In this document: positions 16,487-23,317 of the stretch, one piece after another
How the letters are laid out: every line of letters starts with the position of its first letter
Numbering within the stretch: the stretch's first letter is position 1
Origin: an uncultured bacterium
Lineage (GTDB): Bacteria > Chlamydiota > Chlamydiia > Chlamydiales > SM23-39
Reading direction: 5' to 3'
Assembly (NCBI GenBank): GCA_964415395.1
Contig: CAYPZU010000003.1
Location: 5,670 to 69,669 of the forward strand
Length of the DNA stretch: 64,000 nt
Notes under the pieces: model-generated
Database searches by the model: none
Told to the model about the DNA's origin: nothing
The model's input: only the letters and a program-made list of their open reading frames with translations
Program-made: the position numbers and the translations under genes

Positions 16487-19171
16487 ATGCGCCTGCGCTT
16501 CTTTCTGCATCTCCTCGCCCCTCTCCTTCTCCTTGCGGAAGAGGCGGCGCCGAGCCGGAGCCCCGAGTGGCCCATTGAGCAGCCCCAGAGCGAAAACGAG
16601 GCGCTCTTCCTGAGGCGGATCGCCGATTTTTGGCAGGAAGGGGAGTTCCAGATCGCCAAAGGCCAGATCGAAGAATTTCTGTCGCTCTATCCCGAAAGCT
16701 CTTTTTCCGGCGTTCTCTGCGCCGCCCTTGGGGACCTCTACCTGAGGGAAAAAAATTATTCCTCTGCGATGAGCTACTACGTTCGGGTTTCGGCGCCGGA
16801 ACTGTTCGACCGGGTGTTTTTGAACCGGATGCAATGCCTCTTCCACATGCAGTGGCATGCGACCCTCGCCGATGATTGCGAAGCGTATCTCAGCCGGGAA
16901 AATCTAACGGAAGAGCAGCAAATCAACGCCTCCTACTTCCTCGCCCTCTCGCTCTATCAGCAATGCCTGAACGCCGCCAAAGATCCCGAAGCTCTTGCAA
17001 AACTCGCCGAGCGGGCAAGCCCCTGTTTCCATCTCCTTCTTCAAAGCTCCCTTTCCGCAGAGATCGCTCCCGCCTACGCGCATCTCTCGTGCCTTCTCAA
17101 AGACTACTCGAATGCGGCGCAAATCTACCTGAACCTCGCAGCAGAAGATCCCGAAGCGAAAGAAGAGATGCTCTTTCAGGCAGCCCTGATCCAGTCGGAA
17201 TACGACAAGAATCTTGCGATCCAAACATTTTCCGAAATCGCCTCGATGAATCAGGAGCGAGCGAAAGAAGCCGCCTATAACAAGCTCGTCCTCTCTTTCG
17301 ACGCAGGGCTTCACGATCAGATCGTCTCGGACAGAGAAGACCTTCTGAAAGGAATTCCTGAAGAAAAAGAGCCGCTCGCCCGCCTCTTCCTCGGCAGGAG
17401 CTTCCTCGCTCTGAAAAAATATGCGGAAGCGACTCAGGAGCTCGAGCAGTACGTCCAAAACGCGATTTCCTCCGAGACGCTCCACGCCGCCCTGATCAGC
17501 CTCCTTGAATCGTCGTTCCAGTCGAACAACTTAACGGCGCTCAATCTCGGCATCCAGAAACTCTCCGACCACTTTCCCGAAGATCCCGAATTGCCGAAGG
17601 CGTATCTTTCCCGGGCGCAAATATTCAAAAAGAACCAACAGCTTGAGGAAGCGCGTTTCGAATTGGCCCAACTCATCGAGCGGTTTCCCCAGTTCCCGCA
17701 AAAACCGCAGGCCTCGTTCGAACTGGCCCATCTTGAATACCAGTCGAAATCGTGGGAGCCGTGCCGCGATGCGGCCCGCGCGTTCCTCTCACAATTTCCG
17801 AACCACGAGCTGGCTCTCTTCGCCCGCCGGTATCTGATCACCTCCTGCGCCGAAATTGCGTCGAGCCACCCTGGAAACCCGGCCCTGAAGGAGCAGCTCG
17901 CTCTCGAGCTCGAATCGCTTCTCAGAGAAAAAGAACTCCTTTCCCAAGCGGAACAGAGCGACTGGGAATTCCTTCTGGCCACGACCCAATTCGAATTGGG
18001 CCGCCACGAACAGACGTCGAAAACGCTACGCGCGCTCCTCTCAAGAGGGGGCTCGTTCCCCCAGGAAGCCAATGCTCTCCTCCTCCTCTCGCTCTGCAGC
18101 CGCGACGGGGCGAAAGACCTCAACTCGTTCTGCGAGCTGGCTGAACAGGCCCTCGCCAAAAAAGCGAACCTGATCGAGCCGGCCCAAATCCACACTTCGC
18201 TCTTCAACGCCTATCTCGAACGCTCCCATTCCTCTCCGCAGCTGATCGACAAGGCAGCGGCCCATCTCTACTCCGCCTTCGAAAGCAGGGCCGAGATCCA
18301 GAGCGAAAACCTCCTGTGGCTCGCCGATTGGACCTACAGCCAAATCCGCGAAGAGATTGAAAACGGAGGAGTTCCTGCTCTGCCCCTTGCGCAAAGAACC
18401 GCCTCGATCCTCGAGCAATTCCTCAAATCAGCTGATTCCAAAGCGCCGTTCTACGAGCCGGCCGTCTGCAAGCTCGCGCAACTCTACGGCGTCCTCGGCC
18501 GTCCCGCCGACCAGATTCAGCTCCTAGAAAAAACCTCCAGCCGCTCCTCCGGCCAAGAGACGCTTCTGCTTCTTGGCGAAGCGTACGTCAGAACCGGAAA
18601 CGAGGCGAAAGCGGCCCCTCTTTTCGACTCGATTCTGCAAGACAGCCCGACGCTGAAAAACAGGACGAGCGCAGCGGCAGCTTTGGAAAACGCCCGCCTC
18701 CGCTTCGGAAAAGCCCTGAAAAATAAATTAGGTTCTTCCCATCCCGAAGTGGTGAAAATCCTTTCCCGCCTGAAAGATCTGATCCTCCAGCGATCGCTCG
18801 CCAACGAGCCGATCCACCTCGAAGCGGCTCTCGACTACGTCGATTTCCAGACGCGCCTCGACGCCTCGAAAAACCCGTTTGAAAAAAGGCATCAGCTCCT
18901 CCTCAAAACAAAGGCTGACTTCGAGCGCGCAGACGATATTTTGTCGAAAGATTATCAGGAAGCTCGCGCAAAATGGCCCCGGAAAGAGAAGATCTACCAA
19001 AGCTACATGCGCTTCCTGGAAGCCGAAATCCTCTCCGCCGAAGCGGAACTGGCAAAAAACCCTGAAGCGCAAAAAGAGTTGCAAGCAAAAGCAAAAGGCC
19101 TTTTGCTTCAGATTGTAGACGAACAGGCCCATCCGTCCCTCGCCGGCCGGGTCCGTCAGCGATTAAAGTAG
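16487..19171 (+). CDS. large exported TPR-repeat protein
   Basis: ATG 16487 gives a signal peptide (MRLRFFLHLLAPLLLLAEEA). Helical TPR-like repeats run throughout (for example GDLYLREKNYSSAMSYYVRV and LGEAYVRTGNEAKAAPLFDSIL). Confidence 0.75.
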   Translation: MRLRFFLHLLAPLLLLAEEAAPSRSPEWPIEQPQSENEALFLRRIADFWQEGEFQIAKGQIEEFLSLYPESSFSGVLCAALGDLYLREKNYSSAMSYYVRVSAPELFDRVFLNRMQCLFHMQWHATLADDCEAYLSRENLTEEQQINASYFLALSLYQQCLNAAKDPEALAKLAERASPCFHLLLQSSLSAEIAPAYAHLSCLLKDYSNAAQIYLNLAAEDPEAKEEMLFQAALIQSEYDKNLAIQTFSEIASMNQERAKEAAYNKLVLSFDAGLHDQIVSDREDLLKGIPEEKEPLARLFLGRSFLALKKYAEATQELEQYVQNAISSETLHAALISLLESSFQSNNLTALNLGIQKLSDHFPEDPELPKAYLSRAQIFKKNQQLEEARFELAQLIERFPQFPQKPQASFELAHLEYQSKSWEPCRDAARAFLSQFPNHELALFARRYLITSCAEIASSHPGNPALKEQLALELESLLREKELLSQAEQSDWEFLLATTQFELGRHEQTSKTLRALLSRGGSFPQEANALLLLSLCSRDGAKDLNSFCELAEQALAKKANLIEPAQIHTSLFNAYLERSHSSPQLIDKAAAHLYSAFESRAEIQSENLLWLADWTYSQIREEIENGGVPALPLAQRTASILEQFLKSADSKAPFYEPAVCKLAQLYGVLGRPADQIQLLEKTSSRSSGQETLLLLGEAYVRTGNEAKAAPLFDSILQDSPTLKNRTSAAAALENARLRFGKALKNKLGSSHPEVVKILSRLKDLILQRSLANEPIHLEAALDYVDFQTRLDASKNPFEKRHQLLLKTKADFERADDILSKDYQEARAKWPRKEKIYQSYMRFLEAEILSAEAELAKNPEAQKELQAKAKGLLLQIVDEQAHPSLAGRVRQRLK

Positions 19172-19172
19172 A

Positions 19173-20888
19173 ATGAGACAAAGACAGAAAAAAATTCTCA
19201 GCGCGTGCCTCGTCCTCTCGTTCATTGCCCACATGTCCGCCCTCGTGTTCGTCCAGCGCCATTCGCTCTGGTTCCGCCCTCAAAGCCCTAAGACGGAAGC
19301 CCCCTGGCTCAGCCTCATCGACAAGAAAGAGCGGGATCAAATTCTGAAAGAAGCGTTCGCTCCTTCTCCCACAGGAGAAGGAATCGCCGCCGCTCCATCA
19401 CCCAAAGAGGAGAAGAAAAGCGCGCTCCCTCTCCGCTCGCCCCGAATCCATCCCGAAGAGACCGACCTTCTCAGCTACGCCCTTTTCCAGCCTCAGCTTC
19501 CCTTTCCCGCGGAGAATCTTCTCGCCTTGAGTTCGCTCCCCTCCTTTTCTTTCCCCGCGCAAGACAAACTCAATCTCTTCGACCACCTCCCGAAAGACCT
19601 GATTATTCCTGCGCCCGCGCCCTCGAAACAGCTTTCATCCCCCGCTCCGAAACCGGTCGACCTTCTTCCTACTCCCCCGCTCGAAGCGCCGCGGCCTGCC
19701 GTAAAAGAAGAAGTCCCTCTTCAAGCGCCCATCGCCTACGCAGAACCGCTTCTCCGCTCGCCCTCTGAGGAAAGACCCCAGCCTTCCCGCGCGGTCCTCC
19801 CGACCCGCGTTCCGGAACTCCCCCGAATCCCCACTCTCTCGGATCTCGATACGACTTCCTGCTCCGACTCTTTCGACGCCGACCTCGTCTTCCTTCCCCG
19901 CGAAGAGGGCGAAGGCTACATTTTCGCGCTCACCCTCATCCCGCGCCCTGACCTCGACCTGCCGAAACTCCAGCAAAATTTCACGTTCTTCATCGACCGC
20001 TCGAATACCATCCAGGCTGATCGGCTCGCCGCCACCAAATCCGCCATTTACAAAGCTCTCGAAGAAATGTCCCCCGACGACCATTTCAATATCGTCGCGT
20101 TCGACAGCAAGCTGGAAAAACTCTCTCCCTCGCCGCTTCCCTTCTCAGTGGAATCGCTCGCCCGCGCCGAAGCGTTCCTCGAAAAAATTTCCCTCGGCAG
20201 CTTTTTCTCCCAAGCCAATCTTTCGCGGCCCCTCATGCTCTCCGTTCCTGGCAACGGCCGCGATGAAGAGATCCATACGGCCATCCTCTTCACCGACTCG
20301 GAAAGCCTCGCCAAAAAGAACGACCAGAAAGCTCTGCTGTTCGACTGGACTCTGTACAACAGCGGCAAAGTCGCCCTGTTTACCGTCGGCCTCAACGGAG
20401 ACCGCCACCTGGGAACCCTCGACGCCGCCTCGGCGTTCAACCGCGGTAAAATCATCGAATCCCCCACGAAACGGGGCCTTAAGAGAAAAATTCTCAAGCT
20501 GATGAAGACGATCCAAAATCCGATCGGCAAAAATCTCGTCTGCCACGCCATCAGCCTCTCGCCGAAAGCGAAAATCGAGATCTTCCCAAAACCGATGCAA
20601 ATGCCCCATCTCTATCTCGAACAGCCCTACGTCATCCTCGGCAGCGCCGAGACGCTCGACGACTTCATCCTCTTCGTGCAGGGACGAATCAAAGGCAAGT
20701 GGCTCAACATCAAAAAAACCGTCTCCTTCCTCAACGCCAAAAAGGGGAACCAGTCTCTGAAAGGCGAATGGGCGCTCCAGAGAGCCTACGGCCTCTACGA
20801 ACTCTATCTCCGCGACGACAATCCCGGCCATCTGGCGGAAGCCCGCTCTCTCCTGGAACCCTACAATACCCAGATCGCATTCGAATGA
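19173..20888 (+). CDS. membrane-anchored VIT/VWA (von Willebrand factor A) domain protein
   Basis: It has an N-terminal anchor (ILSACLVLSFIAHMSALVFV) and a Pro-rich linker. The VWA core has a MIDAS-like DRSNT (FTFFIDRSNTIQADRLAATKSAIYKALEEMSPDDHFNIVAFDS). It starts 1 nt after the TPR gene stop. Confidence 0.75.
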   Translation: MRQRQKKILSACLVLSFIAHMSALVFVQRHSLWFRPQSPKTEAPWLSLIDKKERDQILKEAFAPSPTGEGIAAAPSPKEEKKSALPLRSPRIHPEETDLLSYALFQPQLPFPAENLLALSSLPSFSFPAQDKLNLFDHLPKDLIIPAPAPSKQLSSPAPKPVDLLPTPPLEAPRPAVKEEVPLQAPIAYAEPLLRSPSEERPQPSRAVLPTRVPELPRIPTLSDLDTTSCSDSFDADLVFLPREEGEGYIFALTLIPRPDLDLPKLQQNFTFFIDRSNTIQADRLAATKSAIYKALEEMSPDDHFNIVAFDSKLEKLSPSPLPFSVESLARAEAFLEKISLGSFFSQANLSRPLMLSVPGNGRDEEIHTAILFTDSESLAKKNDQKALLFDWTLYNSGKVALFTVGLNGDRHLGTLDAASAFNRGKIIESPTKRGLKRKILKLMKTIQNPIGKNLVCHAISLSPKAKIEIFPKPMQMPHLYLEQPYVILGSAETLDDFILFVQGRIKGKWLNIKKTVSFLNAKKGNQSLKGEWALQRAYGLYELYLRDDNPGHLAEARSLLEPYNTQIAFE

Positions 20889-21442
20889 CGCTCCGCATCA
20901 TCGGAGGCGCATATAAAGGACGCCTCCTTAAAACTCCTAAAGGCCCTTCGACGCGCCCCACGCAAGGGATGCTCCGCGAAGCTGTGTTCAATATCTGCCA
21001 AAACGAAATCGAAGGGGCCCGGTTCCTCGATCTCTTCGCCGGAAGCGGCGCGATGGCGTTCGAGGCCTTAAGCAGAGGAGCGTCCCATGTCGCGCTCGTT
21101 GAAGAAAACCGCAGCGCGATTGCCTGCATCAAGGAGAACCTGGCCCTTCTCAAAGCCGAAAATTCTGCCGTCCTCCTTCCCGTCAAAGCCGCAAGAGCTC
21201 TTCAAATTCTTTCCAAAGAGCGGTTCACGATCGTCTACATCGACCCTCCCTACGGCACTCCCACCGACCCGCTTCTCGACGCCATCGTCCCTCTCCTCTC
21301 TCCAAACGCCCTTGTATTCCTTGAAGAACGGTACACCCCGAAAGCGCAGAAGAAACCTTACGAACCCGCAAGCCTCGCTCTCCAAAGCTCCCGCCATTTC
21401 GGCGACGCCCTCTTACATGAATATCGGTTTTCAGTTACATAG
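20885..21442 (+). CDS. rsmD: 16S rRNA (guanine966-N2)-methyltransferase
   Basis: The N-terminus reads MTLRIIGGAYKGRLLKTPKGPSTRPT. An SAM motif (LDLFAGSGAMAFEALSRGA) and the DPPY motif (VYIDPPYG) are present. The start forms an ATGA overlap with the VWA gene stop. Confidence 0.85.
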   Translation: MTLRIIGGAYKGRLLKTPKGPSTRPTQGMLREAVFNICQNEIEGARFLDLFAGSGAMAFEALSRGASHVALVEENRSAIACIKENLALLKAENSAVLLPVKAARALQILSKERFTIVYIDPPYGTPTDPLLDAIVPLLSPNALVFLEERYTPKAQKKPYEPASLALQSSRHFGDALLHEYRFSVT

Positions 21443-21448
21443 TGTATT

Positions 21449-21928
21449 ATGGCTCGCATCGGTATCTTCCCAGGCACTTTCGACCCTCCCTCCAAAGGGC
21501 ACCTCGACATCATCCAGCGCGCCAGCCTCATCTGCGACAAACTCCTCATCGCGATCGCCGTGAAGCCTGATAAAAAAGCGCTCTTTTCTCCCGAAGAGAA
21601 AAAGGAAATGCTTCGGCTGATCACCCCTTCGATCCCGAATGTCCAAATTGAAATTTTTGAGGGACTCGTCGTCGACTTCGCCCGTTCTCACAAAGCCCAG
21701 TTCCTGATCCGGGGACTCCGCGCTTTTTCCGATTTCGAATATGAGTTCCAGATGGCGCTTGCTAACAGGCGTCTTTCCGGCATCGAAACGCTCTTCCTGA
21801 TGGCCGACGAGCGGCACACGCAGATCAGCTCCTCGCTCATCCGCGAAATCGCCTATTTCAAAGGGCCGCTCCGCGATTTCGTCCCCGCCGAAATCGAACT
21901 TCTTATCCGCAAGAAATTCGAAAATTAA
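21449..21928 (+). CDS. coaD: phosphopantetheine adenylyltransferase
   Basis: The nucleotidyltransferase signature GIFPGTFDPPSKGHLDII (T/HxGH type) is present, with ISSSLIRE near the C-terminus. Confidence 0.9.
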   Translation: MARIGIFPGTFDPPSKGHLDIIQRASLICDKLLIAIAVKPDKKALFSPEEKKEMLRLITPSIPNVQIEIFEGLVVDFARSHKAQFLIRGLRAFSDFEYEFQMALANRRLSGIETLFLMADERHTQISSSLIREIAYFKGPLRDFVPAEIELLIRKKFEN

Positions 21929-22064
21929 AATAATTTTTCAAATTTATTTTAATTCCAAAAATGATAAAAGGAGGTTTTAGTCTAGACGGATTGTTTTATG
22001 TTCCATTCAAAAGAATGCCAACTCTGCCGCACCAAAGGGAAGCAACTCAAATCGCCATTTGAGA

Positions 22065-22820
22065 TTAAAACTCTTGAACAGGGACGCTCCCTGGCAAACC
22101 ATTCAGCCACTCCAGCATCAGCGGGACGCCCCAAGGAAGATTGCGCAGCCCATGATCGCCGCCCGCAAACTCCCAATAGCTGACATTTGAAAATCCGAGA
22201 GCTCTCAAGGCGGCTAGCATCGCATAGCCCTGCTCAAGAGAGAGGAGCGGATCGGCAGTCCCCTGGATCAGCAGAATTGGAAGAGTCGTGCAGGGAATCG
22301 AGGAAACATGGAGCAGGGGATTCCTCTTGTCAATCCACTCCTGCGATCCATCAAAGCGGAATTGGCGCTTGAGGAGCGAAGCGAAGTCGGGATTCTCTTC
22401 AATCGCGAGATCGAGGTCGAGAAGTCCGGAGAGAGAAATTACCCGATCGAATTCCCCGCAAAGCTTGGGATAACGGGAAAAAGCAAGAAACATCTCCATC
22501 GCGCCGCGCCCCAGTCCGATCATCGACCTGCGGCCCGGCTCAAATGAAATTTGGAGATTTTCGGCGAGATAGGGAAGCGATTCAACCAGATGAAGGACAT
22601 CCTGCACATCTTTGCCTCCGAATTGATCTGTTCCCGGATTCACGCCGTCCCGATAGATTCCCAAAACGATAGTTGCGTTGCTGAGCCAAGCCAGCTCGTC
22701 GGGAAGATCTCCGCAGCCGAAGGCAGGGAGATCTATTTTTCTCGCTCCCTCCCGTAAAAAAACGATCAGCGGCTTTGGCCCAGGGCGCAAAACAAAAGAG
22801 ATCATTCCCTTGATCTGCAA
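22065..22820 (-). CDS. alpha/beta hydrolase (S9/DLH-like). Coordinates follow the first canonical start (TTG 22820), but the reading frame and homology-like sequence continue upstream to about 23084.
   Basis: The Asp and His contexts are retained (IQGTADPLL, GGDHGL). The nucleophile elbow reads GLGRG instead of GxSxG. The in-frame upstream extension encodes a signal-peptide-like segment (see findings). Confidence 0.7.
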   Translation of the reverse strand: MQIKGMISFVLRPGPKPLIVFLREGARKIDLPAFGCGDLPDELAWLSNATIVLGIYRDGVNPGTDQFGGKDVQDVLHLVESLPYLAENLQISFEPGRRSMIGLGRGAMEMFLAFSRYPKLCGEFDRVISLSGLLDLDLAIEENPDFASLLKRQFRFDGSQEWIDKRNPLLHVSSIPCTTLPILLIQGTADPLLSLEQGYAMLAALRALGFSNVSYWEFAGGDHGLRNLPWGVPLMLEWLNGLPGSVPVQEF

Positions 22821-23080
22821 ACCGCCGCTTGGATAAGAAAAGACGTAAAATTGCCGCTTCTGTTTTCGGAATTGGGTTTTGAATCCGCCGGGAAGCTCTG
22901 TCTGCTCGAAAATCCGTTCTGTAATATCGCGAAGAGTTTCGCCCCTCTCTAGAAAATAGAGCGACTCTTTGAATGAATAACTGCAATCATAAGAGAAAAG
23001 AGAAAAGGCGAAGAAGAGGAAAATGACTCGAGCAGACCCGAAAGTCTGCCCGAGAATAATTTTTTGCCGAAGGCTGCTGA

Positions 23081-23200
23081 TTATTTGCCTGGGACTTTTT
23101 GTTTTTGCTGAGGAGCTGGCGCTGGAGCTTGTGGTTTTTTCTCAGGGGCTTTGTTTGCTGGAGCCGCTGGTTGTGGTTTAGCTGGTTGCTTCATGTTCAT
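23081..23200 (-). CDS. 39-aa Lys/Pro/Ala/Gln-rich small protein (below the ORF-track size cut-off)
   Basis: My translation is MNMKQPAKPQPAAPANKAPEKKPQAPAPAPQQKQKVPGK*. A strong SD is present (cTAGGAGAAtaaattATG). It follows the terminator hairpin of the upstream gene, and its stop overlaps the hydrolase frame. Confidence 0.45.
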   Translation of the reverse strand: MNMKQPAKPQPAAPANKAPEKKPQAPAPAPQQKQKVPGK

Positions 23201-23270
23201 AATTTATTCTCCTAGTTGGAATGCGAATTTTGTTCGCAAAAACCACTTTACGCCTTTTGCAAAAAAAGGG

Positions 23271-23295
23271 AAGGGATTTTTTAAAAAAATCCCTT
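23271..23295 (-). terminator. intrinsic terminator of the MORN-repeat gene
   Basis: On the minus strand, AAGGGATTTTT-loop-AAAAATCCCTT forms an 11-bp stem. It is followed by CCCTTTTTTTGC and lies 23 nt downstream of the stop at 23318. Confidence 0.6.
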
Positions 23296-23317
23296 AACCC
23301 ACTGATTGCCAAAGACA

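Noticed and set aside
21929-22064. A strong SD-like AAAGGAGG and a 33-codon ORF lie in the coaD/hydrolase convergent spacer.
   Set aside because: The SD is 24 nt from the nearest ATG. The small ORF has no supporting features and runs into the 3' end of the opposing gene.
23081-23110. A programmed -1 ribosomal frameshift could join the 39-aa ORF to the hydrolase frame.
   Set aside because: The frames are in a -1 relationship, but there is no X-XXY-YYZ slippery heptamer in the zero frame. The nearby caa aaa caa aaa gtc and ggc aaa taa do not fit. I saw no obvious downstream stimulatory structure. The ATGA-to-ATAA start-loss explanation is simpler.
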